64,000 nucleotides of DNA from Chrysomallon squamiferum (Eukaryota; Animalia; Mollusca): contig CM022679.1 of NCBI GenBank assembly GCA_012295275.1, forward strand, positions 24,428,001 to 24,492,000, written 5' to 3'. How positions within the stretch are numbered: the stretch's first letter is position 1; each line of letters begins with the position of its first letter. A program made the translations under genes and the position numbers. Below the pieces are notes generated by a model. That model was not told the origin of the DNA. It saw only the letters and a program-made list of their open reading frames with translations, and made no database searches. This document shows, piece after piece, positions 1 to 14,528 of this stretch.

Positions 1-60
1 AGATGATATATTAGATCGATAGAGAGATGCACATACATACAAACATACACACACACATAC

Positions 61-104
<44 letters not shown>

Positions 105-1030
105 CTCATACAATGCCCGTGTAAAACTGATTATTATTCTGAACCATTAACTGTAAACGAATATTCATACTCGACACAGATCGATTTAGTTTACACGATA
201 TCACGTTATATATGTACAACCTTGCTTTCGAGTAATATTCAAAATATACATTTATCACAGATATTTATAATGTAACATACTAATAAAATGTTCCACTGTC
301 TGGGAAAGAATTATTAACTGTTTTTACTGCAGAAGTGTGTCAAACTTTCTTGCTTGATGGAAACTTCTTAACAAATGTTATTATAAATTTTTTATTGCAC
401 GTTTTAGGGGTGATTTTCTCTTTAGTTTTGAGTTTGATATTCAATGTGGAGACAGCGGCATTAATTAATCAAACAGTTTGGTATTTTATGGTTTGTTACG
501 GTACTTACTAAGTCGGATCCGGAATTACAACTGACGCTAAGAATTTTAGCTGTTAGATAAATAAACCGCTGTGATATTTAACCTTTATTTGTTACTGGTG
601 CTGTATAATTGTTGAATTTGTAATTGTACAGTTGATTAGAATGTGGTCACTGGATATTATTCTTATTTTTCTTCACGTTGATCGTTTCCCTTGCGATGTT
701 TAGCAAAAGTCCTGTAAGTCTTTACAAATTAAATCTATCCTTTCTAGACTCACCCAGTCAATAAACCAGTTGCCAAACTGCCTCTTCCTTTCAAGATTCA
801 AGCACGCCTGACATACGCACACAGTGTAACAATCTCGACTGACAGTTCTGTACAGTATTTTTACTATTTTACAGGGTTTGTTAAAGAGAAGACAGATCGT
901 CGTGTAAAGATTACGTTTTCTAATTGGTTATTGTCGGCGATTACAGACCTGTAAAACTACGCTATAAAATTGTGAGTCTTATATGTCAGCTAAATACGTA
1001 TATACTGTGCCAATACAAAACAACTGTTTA

Positions 1031-1086
<56 letters not shown>

Positions 1087-1333
1087 ATAATACATAAAAA
1101 ATGAAACAAGAAGAAGAAGAAAAAACTTAATATTTAGATAGTCCATTCAAACTCAGCTGGAAAGAAAACACAATCTGTAATAATTAAAAAAAAAATATAA
1201 AAAAAAATCAAAGAGAAGCAATAGTAACAAAATAAAAAAAAATAAAAATAAAAAATATCCTCCGCTTGGGTGGTAACAGGGTATCAATATATAGCAATGG
1301 TCGACGGCAGTATCATTAAAAATCGCGTTATTA

Positions 1334-1380
<47 letters not shown>

Positions 1381-1947
1381 GATTAAAATAACATCTGTTT
1401 ATTAATATTATATATAGCAATACGTGTAGCATTTGTATTTGTATTTAATATTGCATTATTACGGTTGATTGCTTAATTATTTTTAACGAAATTCTGCGAC
1501 TAATTTAAAAGCACGCACACGATATAATGGAGTATCAATTTTTATTATTATTATTTTTTTTTTTTCATATTTTATTTATTTATTTATTTTGTTATTATTA
1601 GTTTGTTGTTGTTTGAGGGATTTGTTGTTATTGTTGTGACTTGTTTGGATACGTTTTTTTTTTTTTTTTTTTTTTTTTTAACCTCTATGTTGTATGTAAA
1701 ACAATCACTCTTCTAAAATTATAATGCATGCCCTTCGAGATTCGCATGATAAATATTTGTGTTTTCTGTAAGGATCAGATGTATGTATACATTATTTAAA
1801 ACAGAATTTTATTTCGTAGCTTATCTGTCGAGATTATTGAACCGGAGCAGGTAGAGAGTAACGTAACTAAATACCTATCCCTTTCAGTTATCGATTGGTA
1901 GATGAGTTAAAATCTTAAAATATACATATACATACACACATACATAC

Positions 1948-2022
<75 letters not shown>

Positions 2023-2483
2023 CGTTGTTTAAATCTTAATATTGATCAGCTGAAACATTTAAATTCACTAGGGGGGTAAAATATAGGTAGATGAATTTCT
2101 CAAATGTAAGGTTGTTAAATAAAATATAAAACAAAAATAAAGAAAATATCTCTATACATCATTCGAAATTATTTAGTTTTGAAAACTGATTCTTTCATCA
2201 CAGCACGCGGTCGACAGAGTTATTAACAATGTCTAGCGTCGTTAAACCACTGAACTTCATATAGAAAGTGAGATTTTAATATGAGATAGCGATGACCTGA
2301 CGTACGGTCAGTTAGCCGTGTCATCCACTGACCTGTGACCCAGTGGTTTATCGAGTGTAATGGAATCTTCCTTTCCTGCCTACGAGAAGGTACTTATTAA
2401 AGATATATGTCTGCTGAAGGACAAGAGTATATTTCAGATAGATGTCTTCGTTCATGACTAAATAAATAAAATAGTGTGTTCTT

Positions 2484-2608
2484 AGTAGGAGTAGCAGTAG
2501 TAGTAGTAGTTGTAGTAGTAGTAGTAATAGTAGCAGTATCAGTTAACAGTTGTCCTTGTGGTGGAAGCAGTAGTTATGGATATTATTTATTATTATTATT
2601 ATTATTAA

Positions 2609-2646
<38 letters not shown>

Positions 2647-2714
2647 TTGTAGTAGTAGTAGTAATAGTAATAGTAGTAATAGTAGTAGTAATATTAGTAA
2701 TACTAATAGTTATT

Positions 2715-2752
<38 letters not shown>

Positions 2753-3712
2753 TGTCGCGGTTGTGTGATGTTGATAGTAGTAGTTGCAGTGGTAATAGCA
2801 GTACTAAAAGTATAACTGCGGTCATATTCTTTTAGCCAGAAACGATTTATTTATCTATTTGTATCACTCGATATGTGTATGTTATCATTCATTCTCTGTA
2901 CTTTATATTCATTCATTAACTCATTCATTCATTCATGTCCCAGCCATGCATTTCTCGTTCCATGTTAATTTATCTTGATACGAAACAATGCAAGATCTCT
3001 TATCAGTCTGTCACAGTGGTATCATTCATAGCGTGCGTTCTGTGTTAATTTACTTTCTCTCTCAGGCTGCAATTACATTTGTCAGTAGTATTATTCAGTG
3101 TATCAGAGATGCTGCAAGTTACGAGGTTGTATGGGAAAATTCATGATCTGTCAGTTACGTATTTTCTCTTTTTTATAAAACACATCTGAGTAGCAGTGAT
3201 GATAAGTAATAATAATAGCAGTAGTGGTAGTGGTAGTAGTAATACTGGTAGTAATAGTAGTAGCAGCAATAGTAATAGTAGAAATGGTTGTAGGAGTAGG
3301 AGTAGTAGTAGTAGCAGTAATAGTAGTAGTAGCAGCAGCAGCAGTAGAAATAGTGGTAGTAGGAGTAGTAGTAGTTGGCACAGTAGTAGTAAAAGCAGTA
3401 GTAGATATGTTAGGAGTTCAGGTTGTAAAAGGAGGAAGAACAATAGAGGTAAATGTAGTTGTTAATGTGTTTGTTGTATTAGAAGTAGTAGTAGTTGTAG
3501 TAGCAGCAACAGCAGCAGCAGCATTAACTATAGCAAAGTAGTAATAGTAGAACTAGTAACAGACACAATTGTAGTTAAAGCTTTACACTAGTAGTTGGAA
3601 GAGCAACTTTGTTATTATTCTAGTAATAACTATAGTTTATTATGTACAGTAGTTGTAATTGCAGCTGTTGTTTTTGTTGTTAATATTATATCTGTTGTAT
3701 TACTACTACTAT

Positions 3713-3751
<39 letters not shown>

Positions 3752-3850
3752 AACTACTATTTTATCGTCATCATCAACATCATAATTTGTATTATAATTA
3801 TTATTGTTGTTGTTGTTGACGCTGCTGTTGTTATCACTGTTGCACTAAAG
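2484..3850. repeat. Fields of pure and degenerate trinucleotide repeats (GTA/GCA/ATT/CTA); similar fields at 25555-25665, 33680-33980, 46395-47300, 47910-48215, 52620-52810
   Basis: Read directly; these generate the poly-S/V/L/T/Y/D ORFs in the track. Confidence 0.9.
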
Positions 3851-4495
3851 TACACGACAACAACGAACTGTTTGTCCGAGCCATTAGAGAGGAAAACGTG
3901 TTTGTAACTAGTCGTCACTATCTAAGAGCGATATCACCTTTTACTGCCATTTAAACGAAACAGAAAACAAAAGTTAATAATGCGTTCGCGATAACAAAGG
4001 TAATTTCATTTGACGTTAATAATTTATCTGGAAAGAAAAAAAAAAAAAAAAAAAAATTTAAACGTGAACAAGAATTTCTCTAATTTCCAATGACGTCTGT
4101 AAGATTCTGGCAAAACATATTTTTAAAAAAATATATCGCCACGTAAATGAACTTAACACTGCAGTTTCCTTTTTAATAATGTATTGGGCTATGTGTAGGC
4201 AGTCATGTAATGATGCAACGTGGATATAATTAGCAGTGGTGGTTTTTTTTTTTTTTTTTTGGTTTTTTTTTTGTTGTTGCTGTTGTTTTGTTTTGTTTTT
4301 CAGTCCAGTGTGTGCGCCATTGTTTTAGGTAAACTTAAATCGACTGTCGATATAGACATACGTAGATACCTAGTAAACTGTATCAATTATACAGAAAAAT
4401 ACAGACATACACAGATAAAATAAGTAGAAGCATACGTACATACCAACATTCATTCATATATACATAGATACATATACATATATATACATACATAC

Positions 4496-4573
<78 letters not shown>

Positions 4574-4886
4574 TCACACAAAATACATCCATCTATTCAT
4601 CCATCCATCCATCAATGCATGCATACACACTAATACTCTGATTATACGAAACGAAACTTCATTACAGTATTTATTCTCTCATAAAATGCACTTTAAATAC
4701 AAATACAAACAGCTATCTGGCCACAGTATGATTCTGAACTGAACATAAAAGTGCTCGTAGCCTGTTCTGAACTTAAATTATCAGAATAATTAACTAGGAA
4801 ATTATTCAGAATAAAAATAATTATTTAATATATTCATATATCTGCGTAATCGGTGATTCCTAGCATTAAATATAGATATAATAACC

Positions 4887-4889
<3 letters not shown>

Positions 4890-4980
<91 letters not shown>
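4890..4980. repeat. (TC)n microsatellite; similar long tracts at 5652-5729, 22259-22367, 22852-22901, 23983-24088, 27137-27226, 33238-33350, 57864-57910
   Basis: Read directly. Confidence 0.98.
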
Positions 4981-4983
<3 letters not shown>

Positions 4984-5199
4984 CTTTCAATATTTCATTT
5001 TATTTTTATTGTTTTTTTGTCTGAATTTTTAATTCTTATTTTCCTCAACCACAAAGGTCAAATAAACTTTTTATATATATATATATATATATACATTTTT
5101 TTTGTTGTTAAAAAAAAAAAAAATAAATAAATAAAAAAAAAAACCTCCAGCAATGTGGTTTGTCCGTTATACGTCGTCCCTGTCTGAATTAATATTTAT

Positions 5200-5380
5200 G
5201 AAACTGCGCGCAATTGGCTTGCTGCGCTATAAAATGGGCGTGAAGGCGTTGTCGCGTCAAAACACGTGCCACGACCAGTTTAACTAAAACCTGAGGAATC
5301 CAGTGACGGCTACCATCGCCTATCACTGATTGACGTTTATGCGTTTTTACCGAGGCTGTGAATTATTACTCGCCAGTATA
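5200..5380 (+). promoter_or_regulatory. Candidate Pol II promoter, probably of the GPCR
   Basis: CpG-rich patch with TATAAAA 5228-5234 and TCA placing an A at 5259, 31 nt downstream of the TATA start. Also ATTGG 5213-5217, CACGTG ~5263, TGACGT ~5331, a second Inr-like CCAGT at 5373-5377 and ETS-like CGGAAGT at 5401. Followed by a consensus donor at 5515. Confidence 0.5.
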
Positions 5381-5514
5381 TCACTCGATCCGGCAGATCG
5401 CGGAAGTAACCGAGCGAAACAGGAGAAGAAAAAAAAAAAAAATGTGAAGTACACGAAGTATCTGACAGACATTTCTGTGTAGGATACCGCTTTCTGATTC
5501 GAGATTTTGTTGAC
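5259..5514 (+). other. Putative non-coding first exon (start 5259 or 5375), donor GAC/GTAAGT at 5515
   Basis: Promoter motifs upstream, GTAAGT donor, then microsatellite-rich intron-like sequence. No other + strand coding gene recognised before the GPCR. Linkage to the GPCR is inferred. Confidence 0.45.
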
Positions 5515-5647
5515 GTAAGTATCTGATTTATTTCTATTATTCAAAGTTATTGTTATTATACATGCATGTATACATACATACATACTTACCTATGTATGTA
5601 TGGATGTATGTATAAATATATTTATTTGTATTTTATAAGTATTTTCT

Positions 5648-5733
<86 letters not shown>

Positions 5734-6015
5734 TCTCACACTTTCTCTTGTTTTTTTTTTTTTAGGACTGAGCATTCTTTATCTCTATAAATGTATTAGT
5801 ATCTGTGTTTATATGAATGCATAATTTTGTGCGTAAAGTTGTGCATTTTTATGAATATGTATATATCTCTCTTTCTCTCTAAAATTCAACTACAAGTTAT
5901 AATCTGTGAATAATGAAAAAATCAGACTTTACGTCAAGGATGTAAAGTTTTTTGCTGAAATATTTTTTCTTCGTCATTTTTTTATATTGAAATTTTTTCC
6001 ATTTCATTTACGACA

Positions 6016-6052
<37 letters not shown>

Positions 6053-6982
6053 AGAAACTTTTGTTTTCTTTTGTCATGTAGAGTAGAGCTGTATCAGTTT
6101 GCTGAATCTTTAATGTATTTTTTCCTTTTTTTTTTTTTTTTTTCTCTGAGTATATGGTAACAAATAAAAGTGTAACACGAACATTTTGGATTCAGTGCTG
6201 TTAATATGTCAGTTAATACTGATTACACAGATTAGCAAGCTGAATTAAGCAGGATGCTAGAAAAAAAGTATGACACTTAAAAATAACGTACTAATTTAAA
6301 AAACAAAAAAAAACATTTTAAAGTTCTGTAGCTGTTTTTAACTGTTTTTAATTGACATTGATATCCAGTTTATTTTGTTTCTGCTGTAAACAGTTTGACG
6401 ATCGAGAAAAATAAATGTGATTTGGATGTAGCTGACATTAATAATATAACTTAGAAAGATTTAAACCACTGGCAGGTCGGTCAATAAATTAAACATTAAA
6501 TAGTAATCATACTGTACAGTCGTATCTGTTCGTACTATAATATATATAGTATGTATGTATGTTTGTACCATATATTCGTAAGAGCATGTGATGGATGTAA
6601 ATATATAATTAATGCTTTTGTAAAACTGCCTGACAGCGTCTTAAATCTTTCATTCACTGATATGGATTTAGCAGCCACGTCCCCTAACTCTTTAATGTCT
6701 CTCCAGTCGAAGGAAACGGCATCTCTGCTGAAATCACCCGCTAAAAGGTTTCTCATTAAGTGATGCTATCTTGCAAACGCTAACGAAACGACAGTAATGA
6801 ATGAACGATATATTTGTTTTAGGCTCATCAACACATTATATTATTAATAGTTTTTTTTGTGTGACCACTTCATGGGTTTTATTTTAATGATTATGTGACG
6901 GAGAAATCTCGCTGCAGTCGCACGAAGAGTTGTTCATATCGATCAGAGACGACGAATGCTTTAATCGTGTTTTTCTGTAGAG

Positions 6983-7292
6983 AAGGAATGAAGAGAGAAT
7001 CTTTTAACGACACATTCAGTAGGTTTTAAACTGTTGATTATATGACGGCCATGTAAGACAGTGCCTAAACCGATAACGAGCGAGAAAATACGCTGCTGTT
7101 ATATGGCCGGTTATTCTTTTCTAAGGATTTTTTTTATATGCTTAGAGGGGTAAGCTTATATCAAAAGCCTTTGGTAAATTAGTGGTGTGCTGCTAATCAG
7201 AAGTAGAGATTGACAGATTGAAAAGAAGACTCCGAGAACTGATTTCATGATCTGTCAAGTTTGATGCCAGTGATATGACAACTGAGTTACAT
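6983..7292 (-). mobile_element. Decayed tRNA-derived SINE (molluscan Meta/MESC-core-like family), near full length
   Basis: Colinear on the opposite strand with the copy at 7745-8095: tail TTTTAACGACACATTCA, core GAGAAAATACGCTGCTG...TATTCTTTT, head ending ACTGAGTTAC (reverse complement of an A-box-like GTAACTCAGT). Family assignment is from memory. Confidence 0.6.
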
Positions 7293-7744
7293 TCTTTAAC
7301 CTACTGTGAACTTTTTCCAGTATTTATTGCCCATTTAGAATCTAGAGCTTAGAAATACATTTTAATTCGACCAAATAGTCAATGTATAAATGTGTGTGTT
7401 TCTCTGTGTGTGTCTGTATGTATGTGTATATATATGTGTGTTTGTGTGTGTGTGTGTGAATGTTTGTGAGTTTGTATTCAGATTTATCGACCCAGATTCC
7501 CATACACTTCGATAATAAAGAATTTCTTGGCTTACGTCGATTTTTTTTTTTAAATCCTGATTAAATTTTTTCGCTTTTATGGTCTGGAATCGTACGTTTC
7601 AATACGTCATTTGCAACAAACTTCTGATCCTTGACCCACAATTTGGGCAATCCACACTTCAAAGAAAAAATATTGGAATCTGCGTCATGCAGTTTCTCAG
7701 AAGAATCAATCTACTTTAAGGAGAGGGACCCACATCACTGAATT

Positions 7745-8095
7745 TGAGTGTCTCTCAGAATGTGGTGTGTTGACAGATCAATCTCTGTCGGTGGATACAA
7801 CGAGGTATCTCTTGTTCTAGCAAGTTATCCGTAACTTGTGTAACAAACTGCTGTAGTGCGTTTTATCCAGTCTATTGTATGGTGCATATGAAAAAATCAC
7901 TTGTTGCTAATCGGAACGAGTAGTCGAGGAAATGGCTGCTTCGACTTTCCTCTCTCGTAGTCTGATTGGTACTTAACCCATAACAAATAAATAAATAAAT
8001 ATATAAGGCGATAAATCGATAATAAATAACTAATAAATTACAGAAAAAGAAAAAAGAAAAAAAAAACGTTTCGAGTTAAATAAAACATTTCTTTC
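7745..8095 (+). mobile_element. Decayed tRNA-derived SINE, same family
   Basis: GATCAATCTCTGTCGGTGG...GGTGCATATGAAAAAATCACTTGTTGCTAATCGGAACGAGTAG...TTTCCTCTCTC...CTTAACC...GTTAAATAAAACATTTCTTTC follows the recalled gastropod SINE consensus. Segments recur elsewhere in the window. Confidence 0.7.
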
Positions 8096-8874
8096 CTCTT
8101 TAACTTCTCTAATTTGGCGTAGCTCCAGCATTTTTTTTTTTTTATTTGAACTATGCAGTACGTTGATAAATTATGTAAAACTTATTCTATATATTTTTTT
8201 ATAATTATAAACAATACTGGTTTTAAATAAAATAAACTGGTTGGTGTTGTAATGTACCATAAATAAATATAGATGTATTTGTATGTGAGTCGCTCTGTCT
8301 GTATTCTTGTGTTTCTGTTTGTGTGTGTGTGTGTGTATATATGTGTATGTATCTGTACGTGCTTGTACGCTTGTATATAGGTGTGTATATATGCATATAT
8401 GTACTTACTTATTTATATGCCCACATACGCAATATACACCCAAAATGCAGATTTATAAACTATATATATATATATATATATCATACATAGACTGATAGAT
8501 AGACAGGTAGATAGATACACACAGATTCATACATTCACAAACACAACATCGTACACCTATCTCTATAAACTGAAGTATCTAGTATTACATGGTTTATTAA
8601 ATCCAGGTACTTATCGTGTCCCACATCTTTAATCATTATTCTCATTCAGTATTAAGTTTTGAGACAGCTTTTAGAAGTTGATAAACTCGTTCAGGAAGTC
8701 GAGAAACTAGATTCATTCATGTGCATAGAGCTGTGATAAAATAAAAATAAAAATGTTTTTGACAAATACCACGAATAATGAACACCGTGTAGACACTTAC
8801 TTATTCAACATTCTTCTTTTCATTACAGTAGCTATTCGTTGTTCACGATGAAAACATCATGGATGATGCAACTA

Positions 8875-8920
<46 letters not shown>

Positions 8921-10164
8921 TAGATATAGATATAGATATATATATCAGTATAGAACGTGTACATATATATGTGTATGCATAATACATTCATATATATGTA
9001 TGTATATATGTGTGTATATATATAGATATGTTTGTGTGTGTGTAAACATTTTCATATATATAAATACATAGATACCTACATATTACAGATACACATACTT
9101 ACGTACGTACATACATATATACGTACGTACATATATACATATATACATACATACACACATTCGTACGTCCTTTCTAACCTGCACTGATAATTTTATGTGA
9201 GTCGCTTGCCTGTGTATGTTAGTATGTTTGCCTATAGCCACGTGTGCTTGTGTGTATGTTTGTGTGTGTGTGTGTGTGTGTGTGTTTGTTTGCGTTTAAA
9301 TTGTGTGCTTCGTTATAACAGATATAATTATTTGTAAAAGATCATGAAAATAAATCCTAACACATTTTCATGATCCACAGCTCTGAAGAAAACAGTCTAT
9401 AAAATGTAACACAATATATATATATATATTATCATCATTATTTCACGTAAATAGTCATTACTGACGTAAAACAGTCATTATTTGTTTCTTTTATTGGCAG
9501 TATTATTAATTTCTTTTTTATTTCGGGTTTTGGGGGATTTTATTATTATTATTATTATTTTTGTTGTTTTTGATTTGTTTTTGTTTGTTTGTTTGTTTGT
9601 TATTATTATTTTTTTATGAATTTATCATTTTTTTATATATTTATATGCAATAATTCGCGATTATAAAACAACTGAATGCGCCTATGAGAGTTATAATTAT
9701 CCGTTAGAAAGATTCCCTCTTTTCAAACTCATGGAATCGACCCTGTAAAACAAATCAACAGTTTGTGAAACATTTTGAAGATCATATACGTATCAGCACG
9801 ATAGATTTGACATGTAAATAGTTTTTTTGTATAATTATGTTAATTTTTTATTCGGTCACTTAAATATATGCATGTTTGTAAGATAATCTTCTCAAAATGC
9901 ATTAAGTCACATACATTCACACTCATGTAAAAACCTTCCGTAAGTGTGGTGAATATGCAGCTGTTGTAGTTTTATATGTATGTATTTATGTATGTATGTA
10001 TCTATCTATGTATTTATATATGTATCTGTGTGTGTGTGTATGTATGTATGTATGTATGTATTTATATATGTATCTGTGTGTGTATGTATGTATGTAGTTT
10101 AGGATTTTGAATATTCTCTGTCTTATGTACGTTTAATTAGACTCTGCACATTGACAATATTCAG

Positions 10165-10296
10165 GAACGCTCTAGCATAGGAGGACAAAGTCCAATCAGG
10201 ACCTCACAAACCCTGTCAGATGCCGCTGACGAGACTCAAACGTATGGCACCCATTCGCCCGCACTCCTGAGGCGGACAACGTTACCGTTCGGCCGT
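10165..10296 (-). mobile_element. tRNA-like head of a second SINE family
   Basis: GC-rich island. The minus strand reads CGGCCGAACGG (A-box-like), about 43 nt, then GTTTGAGTC (B-box-like, 10233-10241). No full cloverleaf; body unrelated to the other SINE. Confidence 0.5.
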
Positions 10297-13254
10297 ATGT
10301 GTGTATGTGTGTATGAATGTATGTATGTATGTATGTATATAATGTATGTATATAATGTATATATGTATATATGTATGCATGCATTTATCATAAATATGTT
10401 CGTATGTTTGTGTGAGGGAGATAGAGATATTAACGTTTGTATGGAATTAAGTAAGTGTGTTTGTGTTTATATATGTGTATGTATATACATGTATGTATTT
10501 AACCAAAATTGAATGTATGTATGTATAGATGTATTTATATTTGTATGTGTGTGTATATATATATATGTGTGCATGAATAGCTGTAAATATATTTTTTTAT
10601 TTTTCTTAATAATTTTCTGCTTTAAATTATAGGATATAGTCCATCCCTTCTTATCAGTCAGTTAATTATTATATTTGTTCGTCTGCCAATATTAACATTT
10701 TTTATCTATTCATACATACTCTGTTATCCTCTAGTTCACAAAATTACTTAGGGCTTTTTCAGCAGTTTTCTTTAGATTTTCATTATTAAAAAGAGTTAGC
10801 CTGATTAAATTTTTAATAAGAATTATTCGCTTTAGTGCTCTGTGAACTGAAAGAAAATTAATTAAAGAAAAATTACAACAATATAAAAACAGAGTATTTC
10901 AGTGCAAATAAAAATCTACATATATAAACAGGCACGTACGTATATGTGTGTGTGTGTGTGTGTGTGTATGTGTTATTATAAAGTCACATATGCGTATGCT
11001 AAACAGTATAAACTATTAATTCCTGTCGTATATTAACATAAAATATAAATTCCATTGTCAGCAGGTGTACATACCACTAGCATGTATTTATTTTATTATC
11101 AAGATTATAGTAATTATATAACAGAATGCAGTTATATTAATTTCGACGTAAATTAACGAGTCTGTACATTATGACGCAATATGTCGAATTCTGGTTTATT
11201 TAAAATAAAGAAATTTTTGTTTTTCTCAATTTTTCTGTTCTGCCATCTTCCAGCTGAATAAATACTTCATTTTATGAATAACGACAAGTAAAGAAAGACA
11301 GTGAAAAAGAAAGAAAATAGATAAACAGACAGACAGACAGCCATGTAGACACCCAGACGGACAGACAGACAAACAGATGGTCAGACTGATAGATAGAATG
11401 AGACAGATAGACAAATAGATAGACAGTCAAAGTCAGAAAGTGAGACAGAGAAACAGAAAGATATATAGTAGATAGATAAATAGATAAGTATTATGAAAGC
11501 AAAAATATAACAACAGATAGTCAATAAAGTGAAAGGGAGACAAAAAGAACACCGACCTCATCCCCCCAGGAAAAAAAGCCTTTAGAAAACAAAGAAAAAG
11601 AGAAACAAGAAGAGAAAAATCAAGTGGAAGAGAAGAAGAAAAGAAGAAATAAATGACAAAAAAGGAAAACATCAAAAGAAACCTCAAACGCAAAGTATGA
11701 AATAATAATTTTAAAAAGGAATGAAAAAAGGACAACATAAAAAAAAGGAAAGAAAAAAAAAAAAAAAAAAACGCCGATTTGAAAAAATAAAGTGGGAGGA
11801 AAACAAAAACAGAATAAAAATTAATAATAAAAAATCATATATTTTGACAAGGCCATAAGGTTGAATGCAATATATCACAGGAATGCAGACAGTTGTCTTT
11901 TTTTTACCAATAATTAAGAGAACCACTTGATATAACTGAGGCTTTGATATCAGCTTATTAAATCCTTGTCATGAAATATCTCTTTATCTCTGTCAGTTTT
12001 CAGCTGCTTTCAGTTCGTTTCGCGTAAAATATCAATTTATATTTATGTATGTGTGTATGTGAATGTGTATGTGCGTGTGTGTGCGTGTGTGTGTGTGTGT
12101 GTCAGAAAATAATTATAAAAAGAAAGTAATAAATAAATTAAAATTAACAAGTTTTAAGAGAAGTTAAAGAATAAAAAAATTAACTTATATTGTCATTTAT
12201 TTTTTATTCACCATATAAATTTATTTTAATTAATAAAGATAATTACTTCATAAACTTCACTTAAAGTTAACATACATTATACTTTATTGAATAATTATAG
12301 TTGTTTCATAAAACTGTAAAACTACACTCAAATACGCTTTGTTTTCCTTTTTGTATGCAGAAAATAGTAATTTTGTTGTTTTCCTTTTTCCAGTTTCTTT
12401 TTTAAACAGAAGATAAATTGGTAACTTTTTAAAAATAAAAGACATAAAAAACAATTAATTAGTTTTTACTTTGATGTGGTAAATTTTATCTTCAGAAGAT
12501 GAAAGATATAAAATATTTACTGTGCTGTTAATAGGTTTAAATAGAAGAAAAAAAAATGTAATTAAAAATATATCAGACAAGGCATTTGGGTGAATTAAGA
12601 TAAAGGACAATAAAGAACACACAGAAACACAAAATTATCATTATAGAGTCATTAAAATCAGCAACTCAGTTTTTAAAACGTAATTACTGGCTTTAAGTCC
12701 ACAATATTATGTACGCACATAGATTCATTTTTATTTATGTTATTCATTGATGTTCTTATGTAGATATGTATGTATGTTTATGAATATATTTGTATGCATG
12801 TATGTGTGTACCATATGACAGATGAACGTATGTGTCACTCGCTGAACTGGCTATTTCCCGTTCCAAATTGTTCTCCTTGTTTTTGAAGGGAATAGACATC
12901 TCTCAGCAGGCTATAGTGCGCACGTTCAGAACCTAAATTGCTCAATAAATCTGAAATCAGACGACTGTGATACTTATACGTCTGCGCAGACGCTTATCAA
13001 AAATGCAGCTGCTGCATCCATCTGTTGGGTACAAACAAACGAAACTGTACAGTTTTCAGCTATCTCTGTCTACGTTTTGTATTATCCAGCAGTTAGATTT
13101 TTAGAACATCATCAAATGATAATATTTGTCAGCATAAGTAATAGTGACTGTAGTTGCAGGTGGAATAGTAGTAGAAGTGATAGTGGTAGTGGTAGTGGTA
13201 GTAGTGGTTGTGTTAGTCGTAGTAGTAGTAATATTTTTCAATGTTTTGCCATTT

Positions 13255-13298
<44 letters not shown>

Positions 13299-14442
13299 TT
13301 TATGACGATGATGGTGACCAGATGTATGTGTCTGTGTGTGTGTGTGTGGGGGGGGTTTGTGAGTGTATTAGTATGGTTATTTATGATGATGATAATAATA
13401 ATAATGAAAATTAAGATGAAGATGATGATGATGATGATTCAGACAATAATTTATTTTAATAATTATTATCCTCTTGATATTTAATGTATCTTTTTTCTCT
13501 TTTTTTTCTTTTTTCTAAGGTATTTTACCACAGTAACATAAAAACGTTTAATAAAAATATTTAGACAGAAAATTTATATGCAGTCTTCATTATGCAGGAT
13601 TATGTTGAATTAGTTTCAGACGGCTTAACCAGCGTTTGTTGTGAAAACCAAATTAAAAAATTTACATAATGTTCACAGATTCCAGGACGGATCCATTTTT
13701 CAAAAGAGGGGTGATGCTTGTAATATGGGATATCAAAACATTACGCGATAAAATAATTCCACTGTTGATGATGATGATAATGATGATGATGACGATGATG
13801 ATGATAATAATAATAAAATTAAGTGGAAGATAAGTCATTTGCAAACCATTTCCTGTGTTTTCGTATGTTGACGGTTTTAATATAATTTACATATTGCTTA
13901 CTATAAAGAACCAATCCATTTCTTTTTCTTTTTTTTTTTTTTTTTTTCTCGATTTTTCTAGACCGCGGTAGATGTCCTTTTTAACTGAAATGTTACATAT
14001 TCACAGCTTTGAGGTAGATGGCAGTTAACTGAATAGAATGCTTTCATGTTAACCCGTGAACAGAATAGAATGCTTTGTGATGTTGCGGTAGATGTCGAAG
14101 TTCCCGAGGTTGTTGCTTTCTGTTTAACTGCGTATTTAATATTATCAATATTTAATTTTGTTATCTGTTAAAGTAGAATCTTTTTTTTTTTTTTTTTTTT
14201 TTTTGTTGTTGTTGTTGTTGTTATTATTATTATTATTATTATTTTAAATAATTTAGTAAATAAATAATTAAATGAAACTTTAGCTTATTAAGAACTTTAG
14301 CTTATTGCAAAATAAAGACTGACAGACAAACACATACACACAGACATACGCAATAATAATAATAAGCAAGAAAAACTAAAATAAAAAGCAAGAATAACCT
14401 CATCATATAATGTTTAATTCCATAGACAGCCTTTCTCCACTA

Positions 14443-14528
14443 TATAATATAATATAATATAATATAATATAATATAATATAATATAATATAATATAATAT
14501 AATATAATATAATATAATATAATATAAT
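14443..14528. repeat. (AATAT)n pentanucleotide microsatellite
   Basis: Read directly. Confidence 0.97.

Noticed and set aside
855-3120. Acceptor-like sites at ~873 and ~3065 as coding exons
   Set aside because: No recognisable peptide or clear donor follows. They could be upstream UTR exons but this cannot be supported.
6535-6763. Non-repetitive 70-73 aa ORFs on both strands (also 47673-47900, 51045-51437, 58122-58343)
   Set aside because: No recognisable domain or splice framework; lengths are compatible with chance.
10200-10296. Functional tRNA gene
   Set aside because: Only A/B-box-like motifs; no convincing acceptor or anticodon stems.
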